DNA of 64,000 nt from the NCBI GenBank assembly GCA_951813565.1, contig OX638351.1, positions 2,560,001 through 2,624,000 of the forward strand, in the 5' to 3' direction. The stretch's first letter is position 1, and each line of letters begins with the position of its first letter. A program made the translations under genes and the position numbers. The notes under the pieces are model-generated. The model was not told the origin of the DNA. It searched no databases and saw only the letters and a program-made list of their open reading frames with translations. The DNA comes from an uncultured Poribacteria bacterium. GTDB taxonomy: Bacteria > Poribacteria > WGA-4E > WGA-3G. Positions 51,305-61,663 of the stretch are shown in pieces.

Positions 51305-51874
51305 ATGCATCCACAAAACATTAACGAATATGCACAAGAATCTCATTCACCAGAAAACTTTTCAATGACTTTGGAGGAATTTCTTGAAAGCGATTTAGAG
51401 GGATATGAGTACGTTAAAGGAGAAATAATACTGATGCCAGCTGCATCTGCGGAACATGGAATAATTTGTGCAAGGTTTTTTCTGTGCTTGGGTTTGTATG
51501 TGCGTGAGAATCAATTCGGCGAGGTCGTTACCCCAGACACAGGTTTTCAGGTAGGGGAGCGCGTCCTGAAACCGGACATTGCTTTTATTTCTTCAGCACA
51601 ATTGCCAGACGATCTGAGCAAAGCATTTCCAGTGCCGCCAGACCTTGCTGTTGAGGTTATTTCACCATCAGATGCTTTCCAGCGTGTGATTGACAAAGCA
51701 TTCGCTTATCTGGAAGCTGGGACACAAATAGTGTGGGTGATCGAACCCAAATCGCAAACAGTAACGGTGTTTCGCTCAGAAACAGATATTACAACACTCA
51801 CACGCAAAGACACGCTCACAGGAGAGGATGTCGTTGAAGGATTTTCTTGTCCAGTAGCACAACTTTTTGAATAA
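51305..51874 (+). CDS. Uma2 (DUF820) family endonuclease, copy 3
   Basis: PDIAF, PDLAVEVIS; GGAGG SD. Confidence 0.9.
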   Translation: MHPQNINEYAQESHSPENFSMTLEEFLESDLEGYEYVKGEIILMPAASAEHGIICARFFLCLGLYVRENQFGEVVTPDTGFQVGERVLKPDIAFISSAQLPDDLSKAFPVPPDLAVEVISPSDAFQRVIDKAFAYLEAGTQIVWVIEPKSQTVTVFRSETDITTLTRKDTLTGEDVVEGFSCPVAQLFE

Positions 51875-51883
51875 GGAGAATTT

Positions 51884-52642
51884 ATGAAACTTGGCTTAGT
51901 AACCTATAATATGGCAAAAGATTGGGATATTCCGACAATCATTGAACGGTGTTCGGAAACAGGATTTTCTGGTGTGGAGTTAAGGACAACTCACGCGCAT
52001 GGCGTTGAAGTCAACCTCTCTGCAAGTGAACGGGCAGCCGTAAAACAGCAGTTTGAAGATTCACCTATTGAGATTGCAGGCTTGGGTTCCGCTTTTGACT
52101 ACCATTCAACTGATCAAGATGCAGTTCGGCAGAATATAGATGGTACGAAAGAATACTCTCAGTTAGCAGCAGATGTCGGCGCGCCGGGTGTAAAGGTGCG
52201 TCCAAATGGTCTCCCCAGTGAAGTTCCAGTGGAAAAGACGTTAGAACAGATTGGATTAGCATTGCGGGAATGTGGAGAATTCGCTGCAGACCTCGGCGTG
52301 CAGATTCGACTGGAAGTGCACGGTGGCGGCACCTCCGAACTCCGACATATACGAACTATTATTGATGTTGCCGACCATGAGAACGTATACGTGTGCTGGA
52401 ATTCCAACTTCGGCGAAGTGGAAAACGGTTCTATTCAGAATAACTTCAACTACGTAAAAGGGAAAATCGGTTTAGTGCATATTACGGAACTGCATCGGCG
52501 TGAATATCCGTGGCGAGAACTGTTCACCTCGTTGAAAGAGTCTGGATATTCTGGCTATACTTTGGCAGAAATTGCAGGCAGTTCTGATCCTGTCCGAGTC
52601 ATGAATTTCTATCGGGCGTTATGGGAAGAATTAAATAGGTGA
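51884..52642 (+). CDS. Sugar phosphate isomerase/epimerase (AP-endonuclease-2 TIM barrel)
   Basis: GFSGVEL, LEVH, VHI, GYSGYTLAE. Confidence 0.8.
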   Translation: MKLGLVTYNMAKDWDIPTIIERCSETGFSGVELRTTHAHGVEVNLSASERAAVKQQFEDSPIEIAGLGSAFDYHSTDQDAVRQNIDGTKEYSQLAADVGAPGVKVRPNGLPSEVPVEKTLEQIGLALRECGEFAADLGVQIRLEVHGGGTSELRHIRTIIDVADHENVYVCWNSNFGEVENGSIQNNFNYVKGKIGLVHITELHRREYPWRELFTSLKESGYSGYTLAEIAGSSDPVRVMNFYRALWEELNR

Positions 52643-52705
52643 ATACATCTGAAGAACAAGGCAGGATTTGATTAATTCTGGCAAAATTCAGTACTCAGGG
52701 GAATT

Positions 52706-53095
52706 ATGAATCAACGTGAATTTTATCAAGCAAAATTAGCTTATGAGACCGATTCCTGGGATCTCAGCGAGGCACTCAATAACGGAGAAGATATCATCGT
52801 TATAGATGCCCGATCTCCAGAGGCATACACACTTGAACATATTCCTACATCAATAAATACCCCGCACAGATCGATGTGTGAGGCGACCACAAGTGATCTT
52901 GACAAATCAAAGTTGTATGTTACTTATTGTGATGGTATCGGTTGCAACGCTTCTACTAAAGGTGCTTTGAACATGGCGAAATTAGGGTTTAATGTCAAAG
53001 AATTGCTTGGCGGTTTGGATTGGTGGAAGCGTGATGGTTATGAGACCAAGGGCAAAAAGGGTGTTCAGGGTAAGGAAGTTAAGTGTGGGTGTTAA
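52706..53095 (+). CDS. Rhodanese-like protein
   Basis: IDAR, HIP, YCDGIGCN, LLGGLDWW. Confidence 0.9.
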   Translation: MNQREFYQAKLAYETDSWDLSEALNNGEDIIVIDARSPEAYTLEHIPTSINTPHRSMCEATTSDLDKSKLYVTYCDGIGCNASTKGALNMAKLGFNVKELLGGLDWWKRDGYETKGKKGVQGKEVKCGC

Positions 53096-53119
53096 AATCT
53101 GTAAAAAGTACACTTTAAC

Positions 53120-53148
53120 TTGCAATTGGGTATATGATGGTGTATAAT
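53120..53148 (+). promoter_or_regulatory. sigma70 promoter of tRNA-Asn
   Basis: TTGCAA-17 nt-TATAAT. Confidence 0.75.
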
Positions 53149-53167
53149 TAAAATGTTAATTTTATAT

Positions 53168-53240
53168 TCCCCCATAGCTCAGTCGGTAGAGCAGATGGCT
53201 GTTAACCATCGTGTCGGCGGTTCGAGTCCGTCTGGGGGAG
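53168..53240 (+). tRNA. tRNA-Asn (GTT), CCA not encoded
   Basis: TCCCCCA/TGGGGGA acceptor stem, TAGCTCAG..GGTAGAGC D arm, gatgg-ctGTTaa-ccatc anticodon arm, GTTCGAGTCC. Confidence 0.97.
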
Positions 53241-53245
53241 TTTTA

Positions 53246-53293
53246 ATTTTGCTGGCGGGCTTGACGTTCAAGGTTCGTCAGCAAAATTTTTTT
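53246..53293 (+). terminator. Intrinsic terminator
   Basis: ttttgctggcgggcttga/tcaaggttcgtcagcaaaa hairpin followed by a T run. Confidence 0.75.
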
Positions 53294-53339
53294 AACGTGT
53301 TCTTGTTCAGATTTTCCCGCTTTTCCAGTGGAGGGTAAC

Positions 53340-54164
53340 ATGCCCATAAAACTTACCGATGTCCATCTTGACGAGTTCGCTGCAAAAGGCTATCTAATCG
53401 TGCCGGACTACTATTCGGGGGAACAGCTCGCTGAGATGCAAGCTGCCCAACGTCGTGTGCTACCGACGTGGGAAGAGGTCAAAGACGATCCACCCTCAGG
53501 CAGAGCGATTTTGACTGAATTTCCATCGTCTGAGATGGCACTGTTGCGTGGGATTGTGGACTACGAAGCATGGGGTTTCGCGCGTAAGTGGTTCAAGACA
53601 GAACACATCCACTTCCGTGCTGGATGTATGATTGCACGCTATCCCGGATTCAAAGGTGGCGGTGTCGGCAGCGATGCAAGCGGTTTGCATATTGATAACG
53701 GTAATAACTCATTGCTACCGCAGTCACAGTCCGCCCCCGAATTCGGACAACTTGTTTTCTGGGTACACCTTGAAGATGTTGACGAAGATCAAGCACCACT
53801 CAGATTGCTCGCTACCGAGTACGGACGGGATATGTCTAAATGTCAACCGCTTGTTTGCAAAGGCGGAACCCTCTGTATCTTCAACAACTATACATTGCAT
53901 TCGGCAAGCGATTATCTGCGGGAAGATGGACAACGTTTCACATGGGGATTCGGTTTAGGACGGGCAGACCACTATTGGGAAGGCTTTCGGCACTACACAG
54001 ATAAAGGACGACACGCGACGTTCTCGAAATTCATCGGCACGCTAACGGCAGCGGAGCGTGAGGTCTTTCGGTTTCCACCTGCTGGTCATTCATACTACAC
54101 ACCACAAACGCTGCATGCGTTGGAAGAGCAGTACCCTGGTTGGAACGCACGCAGCGAGTATTAA
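53340..54164 (+). CDS. Phytanoyl-CoA dioxygenase family Fe(II)/2OG oxygenase
   Basis: FAAKGYLIV, HID facial motif, TLHSAS..R; GGAGG SD. Confidence 0.82.
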   Translation: MPIKLTDVHLDEFAAKGYLIVPDYYSGEQLAEMQAAQRRVLPTWEEVKDDPPSGRAILTEFPSSEMALLRGIVDYEAWGFARKWFKTEHIHFRAGCMIARYPGFKGGGVGSDASGLHIDNGNNSLLPQSQSAPEFGQLVFWVHLEDVDEDQAPLRLLATEYGRDMSKCQPLVCKGGTLCIFNNYTLHSASDYLREDGQRFTWGFGLGRADHYWEGFRHYTDKGRHATFSKFIGTLTAAEREVFRFPPAGHSYYTPQTLHALEEQYPGWNARSEY

Positions 54165-54192
54165 AAATATATAATTACTGGCAAGCAAGCTG

Positions 54193-55827
54193 TTAAAAAG
54201 GGGTTTTCCTGAGAGCATCAGCTTTCAACCAACCAATAGAATCGATAATTTCGTCTTGATGTTCCCGCATCATCACTTCAATGAGTGCCGGTTTTTCGGC
54301 AGCGAGCGCGTCCCTTAGAATCGGCTTAAAGTCCTCTAAATTTTCGACTTTCCTTGCATAAGCGCCAAAAGACTGCGCAAATTCGACAAAATCGGGATTA
54401 TGCAGGTCCGTGTCAATAGTCCGTCCGTCAAAACCCTTCAATTGAGACCCCTTAATCGCTGACAACGCATCATCATTCACCACAATTGCTACGACGTTGA
54501 TGCCATATTTCATCGCTGTTGCCATTTCCATTGCGCCCATTAGAAAACCGCCATCGCCGCTAAAGCAGACAACTGGACGCTCAGGATACGCTACCTTAGC
54601 ACCGATCGCCGCTGGATAAGCATACCCTAACGCCACACCGATATTCGGATAGAGGAAAGTCCGCGGATCGTAAATAGGAAACTCAGCAAAAGAAGCATAG
54701 CCGAGGGAATGAACATCAATTGAATAGATGGTATCTCTTGGCAGAACATCTTGAAGTTCATGAATAACCGGCAGAGGTGGTTGTGTATCAAACTTTGCGC
54801 GAAGTTGCGGTAATACGTTATCCCAACCGTTTTGATCTGTGGATATATCCTCAATAAATGCCTGTAAGGTAAGTTTTAAATCACCCACAACGCCTATTTC
54901 ACACGGATATTCACGTCCAATTTCGTTTTCATCTTCGTCAATTTGGATGAAAGGCTGCGGCAGTTTCATACTCCAGCTACGGGTGTCAATAGATGTAAAC
55001 CTGGGTCCAATACCGATTAAACAGTCAGCGTGTTTGAGTGCTTCCTGCCCCAAAAAGCCGTAGCAAATCTGCAACGCCAACGGATGGTCTTCCGACAAAG
55101 CACCTTTTGCACAACGGGAAACAATAACAGGTGCTTTCAATTTCTCAACAAGCAGTCTTAACTCATTTCTGGCATTCGCATGAATCACGGCGGAACCTGC
55201 AAAAATCAGCGGCAATTTTGCGTTGCGAATCGTATCAACTGCTTGACTTAGCGCGGAATTGTCAGGCGGAGGTAAATCTTCACGTTCAACCCGGGACGGA
55301 ATTCTAACTTCACCATCTCCAGTGGTAACATCCATTGGAAATTCTAACACCGTTGGTCCCGGTCTACCGTTACGCATCGCTTTAAAGGCGTTTTCAACTA
55401 CAATCGGAATTTCTGAGACAGTATGCGCAATAGCACAATACTTGGTTATCGGTTCAAAAAACCGCATCTGATCCAAACCGTGGAACATCTTACTCGGATG
55501 CCTGCTGTAGGAATCTGAATGACTCTGTCCGGTAATCAATAAAACAGGAACACAGTCGGTGAAAGCCTCCAAAATCCCTGTAGAAGCATTGCTTGCGCCC
55601 GGGCCTGGCACAGTGATAGCAACACCGACATCGCCTGTTGCGCGAGCGAATCCATCTGCCATTTGTGTTGCAGCGTACTCATGTCTGACAAGAAAATGAT
55701 TTATTGACCCGGATCCTCTGCGAAGCAGTGAATCGTAAATATGAACGTTTTGCGTGCCGGGCATTCCAAAAACTGCAGAAACACCTTGCGCTTTTAAACA
55801 TTCAATCAGAATATCGCCTCCGTTCAC
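54193..55827 (-). CDS. Thiamine pyrophosphate-binding protein (acetolactate synthase-like)
   Basis: VRHE..MADGFAR, GPG, GDGG..VVND. Confidence 0.92.
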   Translation of the reverse strand: MNGGDILIECLKAQGVSAVFGMPGTQNVHIYDSLLRRGSGSINHFLVRHEYAATQMADGFARATGDVGVAITVPGPGASNASTGILEAFTDCVPVLLITGQSHSDSYSRHPSKMFHGLDQMRFFEPITKYCAIAHTVSEIPIVVENAFKAMRNGRPGPTVLEFPMDVTTGDGEVRIPSRVEREDLPPPDNSALSQAVDTIRNAKLPLIFAGSAVIHANARNELRLLVEKLKAPVIVSRCAKGALSEDHPLALQICYGFLGQEALKHADCLIGIGPRFTSIDTRSWSMKLPQPFIQIDEDENEIGREYPCEIGVVGDLKLTLQAFIEDISTDQNGWDNVLPQLRAKFDTQPPLPVIHELQDVLPRDTIYSIDVHSLGYASFAEFPIYDPRTFLYPNIGVALGYAYPAAIGAKVAYPERPVVCFSGDGGFLMGAMEMATAMKYGINVVAIVVNDDALSAIKGSQLKGFDGRTIDTDLHNPDFVEFAQSFGAYARKVENLEDFKPILRDALAAEKPALIEVMMREHQDEIIDSIGWLKADALRKTPF

Positions 55828-55990
55828 GCGCTACTCTCCTTTGTGTTTTTTCAGGAAATTATCCAACCAGGCATCCGGATCACGTCCAAGTTTCCGCAAA
55901 AACTGACATCCTATTTTCTTGACAAAATTGGGAAGTAGGTTGAAAAGTCTTAGCTGCCAACTCATAATAGTATAGTGTAGGTAATTCAAG

Positions 55991-57121
55991 TTAGGTCAGT
56001 AATGCTTCGCCTGTAACCTTGTCGAAAAGATGAATACGTTCAGGCACGAAAGAAACATAGAGATGTTGCCCTATCTCTGCTTCAAAGTTCGGGGCAGTGC
56101 GTGATTTGATGATCGTCCGAGAACCGTCAGCATCGGTTCCAAGCGTTAACTCAACTATTGTTTCTGCGCCAAGGGGTTCAACGCTATAGACTTCAACCTG
56201 AAAAGCGTTGGGAACAAGTTGGTGACTGACGAGGACATCTTCTGGGTGAGCACCGAATACCAAATCCCTTTCTGTATTGATCTCACTTACCGTTTTAGCA
56301 ATACGGTCATCCTGAATTGCAAACGTATTATCTTCATTTTCACCTCCAGACAAGGTTAACTGAAGATTGCCGTTATTGCTGCAGATTTCACACGGAATAC
56401 AATTCATGCTTGGACTACCGATGAAACCCGCAACAAACAAATTCGCGGGATGGTTGTAAATTTCGGAGGGTGTTCCCAACTGCTGAATCTTTCCGGTATT
56501 AAGCACTGCGATACGGTCTGCCATTGACATCGCTTCCACCTGATCGTGTGTTACATAAAATGTAGTGGTTCCAAGTTCGCGTTGCCGCCACCTAATTTCA
56601 ACACGCATTTCGGCACGCAGTTTGGCATCTAAATTAGAAATCGGTTCATCCATAAGGAATACTTGTGGGCGGCGCACCATAGCTCTACCGAGTCCAACCC
56701 GCTGCGTTTCACCACCACTTAACTGATTCGGTTTACGCATAAGTAGATGCTCGATATGTAACATCTCCGCAATGTCTTTAACACGTCGGTCAATCTCTTC
56801 AGTAGAAAGTTTCCGGGGATGTAGAGGAAACGCCATATTCTCGTAAACGGTGAGGTGCGGATAGAGAATATGGGATTGAAAGACAAAAGCAACATCGCGT
56901 TCAGCGGGTGTTTTATCGTTGACGCGAATATCATCTAAGTAGATACTGCCTTCTTCGGGTTTGTCTAATCCGGCGATACAGCGGAGCGTTGTCGTTTTTC
57001 CCGCCCCGGTCTGACCGAGTAACACAAAGAATTCTTCATCTTTCACATCAAGTGTGATGTCGTCCAGAGCGGTAAGGTCGCCGAACCGTTTTGTAACGTT
57101 TTCCAGTTTTACTGTTGCCAT
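55991..57121 (-). CDS. Sugar ABC transporter ATPase (MalK-like)
   Basis: GQTGAGKT, LSGGETQR, DEPISNLD, FIGSP, TOBE-like C-terminus. Confidence 0.93.
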   Translation of the reverse strand: MATVKLENVTKRFGDLTALDDITLDVKDEEFFVLLGQTGAGKTTTLRCIAGLDKPEEGSIYLDDIRVNDKTPAERDVAFVFQSHILYPHLTVYENMAFPLHPRKLSTEEIDRRVKDIAEMLHIEHLLMRKPNQLSGGETQRVGLGRAMVRRPQVFLMDEPISNLDAKLRAEMRVEIRWRQRELGTTTFYVTHDQVEAMSMADRIAVLNTGKIQQLGTPSEIYNHPANLFVAGFIGSPSMNCIPCEICSNNGNLQLTLSGGENEDNTFAIQDDRIAKTVSEINTERDLVFGAHPEDVLVSHQLVPNAFQVEVYSVEPLGAETIVELTLGTDADGSRTIIKSRTAPNFEAEIGQHLYVSFVPERIHLFDKVTGEALLT

Positions 57122-57349
57122 ATTCGTATTAACTTTGATTCAAATATTGTTTTATTATCTCATGATTGCAATTGGATGTCAACAGAAAGATGTTGAACTC
57201 AGGACACAAAAAAGTTGACCATAACTTTAAAATCTGATATTCTAATTGATAGACTCAACTTTTCAATGAAAGACGTCACTTTAAAAAGAAACATTAGCGT
57301 ATTACATTGGAGTTCGACCAGATATTTACGGATGCGATTGGAGAGATAA

Positions 57350-58975
57350 ATGCCAACGAATGCAGAACTGATTGCAGACTGGCGTGAGGCACCTGCGCCA
57401 TTGCTCGGCATATTAAACGCGTTCCATGACAGAGACGGGTTTATATCGGAGGCAGCTCTCCGAGACATTGCAGTCGGATTTCGAATTCCACTCGCAGAAC
57501 TTTTCGGCACCTTAACTTTTTACCATCACTTTGCACGTGAAGCGCCAGGGCAAAACGCGCCGCGCGTTTGTACGGGTCCCGTTTGTCGGTTGCAAGGAGG
57601 ATTAGAAATCCTTGAGGCGCTTAAATCTGAAGGGGCTACCCCAATGCCGTGTGCCGGAAGATGTGACGATTGTGTCCCCGTCCTAAAAGGGCATCAAGTA
57701 CTCACGGGAAAACAAGCAAACACGCTTTCTATTCAACCCACCCCTTTGCCACCATATCCAGGGGATAGCGAAGAATGTATCTTCGCAGAGATTCGCGAAC
57801 CGAACCACAGTACGCTTGCAGGCTACCAACGCACCGGTGGCTATGAAGGTCTAAAACGCGCGGTAACATCCCTTACCTCTGAAGAAGTGATTGATACACT
57901 CAAAGACAGTCAACTTGCTGGTAGAGGCGGTGCAGGATTTCCCACAGGCATGAAGTGGGAATCGGTGTTGAATGCGCCAGGTGAACCGAAAACAATCGTC
58001 TGCAATGCAGATGAGGGTGAACCGGGTTGTTTTAAGGATCGGGTTATTTTGGATTATGCGCCGCATGCAATAATTGAAGGGATGACACTCGCCGCTTACG
58101 CAACGGGAGCGACGCGAGGCTTTATCTATCTTCGATATGAATATCCAGAAACCTTAAAAATACTTGAACGGGCACTCACTGAAGCTGAAGCAGAAGGGTT
58201 AATTGGTGATGAGATTCTCGGAAAACAATTTAATTTTCATATCTATATTAGGCGCGGTGCTGGGGCTTATGTCTGTGGTGAAGAAGGCTCATTGTTGAAC
58301 AGTTTGGAAGGAAAACATCCTTTTCCGAGAAATCGACCACCTTATCCTGTAACGCACGGTTTTGAAAACTTACCTACCGTGGTAAACAATGTGGAGACAC
58401 TTGCCGCCGCAACACAGATTCTACGACACGGTGCAGGGTGGTATAAAAGTTTAAGCTACGACAAGAATTTGGCGGGTACAAAAATTATAAGCCTCTCTGG
58501 TGACATACAAAGACCTGGAAATTACGAGGTGCCGTTCGGACTTCCACTGAAAATATTACTTTACGAGTGGGCAGGCGGACCTTTAGTAGGACGTTCAATC
58601 CAAGCAATTACATCTGCGGGGTTATCGGGTGGGTTTATCGGTGAAAAAGACTTTGACATCACTATTGATGAACCGAGTTTCCAAAAGGTTGGGGCAATGC
58701 TCGGTGCAGCTGGTATCATGGTGTTTGATGACACACGAGACATGCTTGATGTCGCGCACAACGCAATGGAATTTTTCGCTGAAGAATCTTGTGGAAAGTG
58801 TTTCCCGTGCCGTATCGGAACATATCGGCTCACAGAACTATTGTCTGAACCGCTGAACCAGAAATCAAAAGATCTGATTGCGGAAATTGGAGCAGTGATG
58901 AAAGCAACAAGTGCTTGCGGTCTCGGAACTGCTGCACCAAATATTACAGAGACTTTGATGCGAATAAATCCGTAA
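57350..58975 (+). CDS. NuoE-NuoF-like fused NAD(H) flavoprotein with FMN and 2Fe-2S/4Fe-4S sites
   Basis: CTGPVC..CAGRC, GRGGAGFPTG, NADEGEPG, GAGAYVCGEE, CGKCFPC..CGLG. Confidence 0.9.
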   Translation: MPTNAELIADWREAPAPLLGILNAFHDRDGFISEAALRDIAVGFRIPLAELFGTLTFYHHFAREAPGQNAPRVCTGPVCRLQGGLEILEALKSEGATPMPCAGRCDDCVPVLKGHQVLTGKQANTLSIQPTPLPPYPGDSEECIFAEIREPNHSTLAGYQRTGGYEGLKRAVTSLTSEEVIDTLKDSQLAGRGGAGFPTGMKWESVLNAPGEPKTIVCNADEGEPGCFKDRVILDYAPHAIIEGMTLAAYATGATRGFIYLRYEYPETLKILERALTEAEAEGLIGDEILGKQFNFHIYIRRGAGAYVCGEEGSLLNSLEGKHPFPRNRPPYPVTHGFENLPTVVNNVETLAAATQILRHGAGWYKSLSYDKNLAGTKIISLSGDIQRPGNYEVPFGLPLKILLYEWAGGPLVGRSIQAITSAGLSGGFIGEKDFDITIDEPSFQKVGAMLGAAGIMVFDDTRDMLDVAHNAMEFFAEESCGKCFPCRIGTYRLTELLSEPLNQKSKDLIAEIGAVMKATSACGLGTAAPNITETLMRINP

Positions 58976-59041
58976 ATTGAAGCCGATATTGAGACGGATT
59001 AGGCAGGTTTTATATATGACCACATTTTCTGGTGTGTTCTG

Positions 59042-60268
59042 ATGTGGACAAGAGGATTTATTTCGCTCTGCCTCATCGTGTTTGTGATCGGTTTGATTAC
59101 TGGCCCAGTACACTGGTTCTTTCCAGTATATGCCGAAAAAGTTTTGGGAGAAAAAGCGCTTTTCGCGGGGTTATTGCGTGCCATACCTATCGGTCTCGGT
59201 GGGATCACAGCACTCATCGGTGGAACGCTTAGCGACCGATTCGGACGAAAACCGACACTGCTAATTGGGATGACCGGAGCAGTTGTAATAGGAGGACTTT
59301 TTACCACACAATTACCGTTGTTTATATGGGGTATTCTCTGCTATGAAGGCATTGCTTCAGGCTTTAAAACTGCTGGTGGACAATCATATCTCATCAGTTC
59401 AGTGTCACCAAAGCAATTAGGGTTGGCAACGGGGCTATACTTTATTAGTAGTACTGTCGGAAGCGCTGTTGGGAGTGCTATCGCTGGGGAGATTATTGGT
59501 CGGATCAACGACAAAGGCGAGATTATCCCCCTGATCAACTACAATGTTTTTGGAACTGGCGCGGTGTTTCTGTCCGGTATACTGTTTGTTGGCGCATGCT
59601 TCTTTTTACCGCGTCTTAGACAGCAGGGTCGCAACAACGCACAGAAACAGGACGGAATTTGGAAATCAACCCTAAACATCGGAAAATATACCAACTTATG
59701 TCGTAGATCGGAAATCAAAATGTTAATCGGTTTGCGCGTTTTCCCAACGTACTATTGGGGTTCGGTAAACCTGCTCATGCCAATTTTGGTTAATCGTATC
59801 GCAGGCGACAAGGCAACTGGATATTATGGCGCGATCAGTTTACTGTTTGCTTTTGCATGCCAATTTGTTACCGGAAGAATATGCGATGCAGTAGGTCACC
59901 GCATTCCGGCATTGATCGCAAATATAATCGTTACATTTCTCGCTTTTGGATTGGCATTTTTTCACAACTCGTTAGTTGGTCTGGAAATCTTCGGGATACT
60001 CGGTGCAGGCGCTGCATGGGCGCTATCAACTACTATCCCACGGTTTATCAATGAATTCACTAACCCCGATGAGAAGGGACACGGTGTTGGCATAACACAT
60101 TTAGCTTGGAGCACCGGATTTCTTCTCGGGTTTGTCGCAAGTGGATTATTAATTAATATATCTGTTCATGTACCATTTATTGTCTCAGGAATTTTCCTGA
60201 TTTGTTCAACAAGTATAGCCTATAAACTTTGGCACACTCAATCAAAACTAAGGAAGGAACACTTATGA
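59042..60268 (+). CDS. MFS transporter
   Basis: GTLSDRFGRK motif A; multiple TM helices. Confidence 0.9.
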   Translation: MWTRGFISLCLIVFVIGLITGPVHWFFPVYAEKVLGEKALFAGLLRAIPIGLGGITALIGGTLSDRFGRKPTLLIGMTGAVVIGGLFTTQLPLFIWGILCYEGIASGFKTAGGQSYLISSVSPKQLGLATGLYFISSTVGSAVGSAIAGEIIGRINDKGEIIPLINYNVFGTGAVFLSGILFVGACFFLPRLRQQGRNNAQKQDGIWKSTLNIGKYTNLCRRSEIKMLIGLRVFPTYYWGSVNLLMPILVNRIAGDKATGYYGAISLLFAFACQFVTGRICDAVGHRIPALIANIIVTFLAFGLAFFHNSLVGLEIFGILGAGAAWALSTTIPRFINEFTNPDEKGHGVGITHLAWSTGFLLGFVASGLLINISVHVPFIVSGIFLICSTSIAYKLWHTQSKLRKEHL

Positions 60269-60792
60269 TTATTGCTGAACTTGATTTAGAAAATGCTGAA
60301 CACCTTGAACTCACAAATGCCCAATGGCGTTTTGCCGCGGGACTCGTCCCCGGTGAGCCAAATGGCGGTTTAGTTGATCAGATGCCAGAATCGCCAGCGC
60401 GTAATGCTGATTATGACGATTCCGATTGGGGAATTTGTGAAAATATTCAAGAAATCGTCTTAACAGGTCTCTGTTTCGGTTGGTATCGGATTACTGTCAC
60501 TATTCCTGAAGAAGTAGATGGAAAGTCCGTTGCCGGTTCAAAAGTATGGTTTCACACTTGTATTGATGACTACGGTGAAGTTTGGGTCAATGGTGAAATT
60601 GACTTGGCTTTCGGTGAGTCAGGTCGTGGTGCTGCATCTGGTTTCAATACGCCACAACGCGTTGTTGTATCCGAAAGTGCTGAACCGGGAACTAAACATG
60701 TCATCGCATGTTTGGCTATCAACGGTCCTCTTGCCAGACCGGGTGGCGGTATTTTCCTCCGTTTTGCAAAACTTGAGTTTGAAAACGAATAA
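60265..60792 (+). CDS. Hypothetical protein with galactose-binding-like fold
   Basis: DYDDSDW, WYRITVTIP, DDYGEVWVNG. Confidence 0.7.
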   Translation: MIIAELDLENAEHLELTNAQWRFAAGLVPGEPNGGLVDQMPESPARNADYDDSDWGICENIQEIVLTGLCFGWYRITVTIPEEVDGKSVAGSKVWFHTCIDDYGEVWVNGEIDLAFGESGRGAASGFNTPQRVVVSESAEPGTKHVIACLAINGPLARPGGGIFLRFAKLEFENE

Positions 60793-60848
60793 CCCGTATA
60801 ATCTTTGTTGGGACGGCTATATGCCGTCCCTTATAATACAGGTAGAAT

Positions 60849-61571
60849 TTGTCTACAAAAACAACACCTCTCAACAATTCTCAAGATACACCAAAAGCAA
60901 TCGTTCTCCTGAGCGGTGGCTTAGATTCAACCACTACCTTAGCAATAGCGCGCGACGAGGACTATGATTGCTATGTGATGAGTTTTCGGTATGGGCAACG
61001 GAATAAGGCAGAACTTCAATGTGCAGAAAACGTGGCAAAGTCGCTTGGCGCAAAACAACATACTATCATTGATATAGATCTGCGTATCTTCGGCGCATCT
61101 GCCTTGACAGCGGATATTGAAGTGCCTAAAGGTAGATTAGAAACTGAGATGGGTGGCAGCATACCGATTACTTATGTCCCTGCCCGGAACACTATCTTTC
61201 TCTCCTATGCACTTGCATGGGCGGAGGTGCTTGCTGCCGATACCATTTTTATTGGTGCGAATGTTATTGACTACAGTGGATATCCGGATTGTCGTCCAGA
61301 GTATATTAGCGCCTACCAAACGATGGCAAACCTCGCAACACAAGCTGGTGTAGAAGGAAAAACAAAACTAACAATCTGTACCCCACTTATTAATAAAACA
61401 AAAGCAGAGATAATCCAAATTGGAACAGCACTTGGGGTTGATTATAGTCTCACACTGAGTTGTTACGATCCAGATATGGATTCCAGAGCGTGTGGTGAAT
61501 GCGATAGTTGTGTACTCCGCAAAAAAGGTTTTGAAGACGCAGGTATCTCTGATCCAACGCGTTATCGCTGA
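60849..61571 (+). CDS. queC: 7-cyano-7-deazaguanine synthase
   Basis: SGGLDS, YGQR, YVPARN, YPDCR, C..CGECDSC. Confidence 0.96.
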   Translation: MSTKTTPLNNSQDTPKAIVLLSGGLDSTTTLAIARDEDYDCYVMSFRYGQRNKAELQCAENVAKSLGAKQHTIIDIDLRIFGASALTADIEVPKGRLETEMGGSIPITYVPARNTIFLSYALAWAEVLAADTIFIGANVIDYSGYPDCRPEYISAYQTMANLATQAGVEGKTKLTICTPLINKTKAEIIQIGTALGVDYSLTLSCYDPDMDSRACGECDSCVLRKKGFEDAGISDPTRYR

Positions 61572-61663
61572 ATGTAGTGCTATGATACCTTTGTAGATGC
61601 GATTGATGTCTGATAATTTCTTTATCCTTGATATTTCCTAACAACCTATCATATAATATTTGT

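Noticed and set aside
53153..53338. 61-aa ORF
   Set aside because: It overlaps tRNA-Asn and its terminator.
53168..61571. Functional cluster of tRNA-Asn, queC and aspS
   Set aside because: Biochemically related but separated by unrelated genes; probably coincidental.
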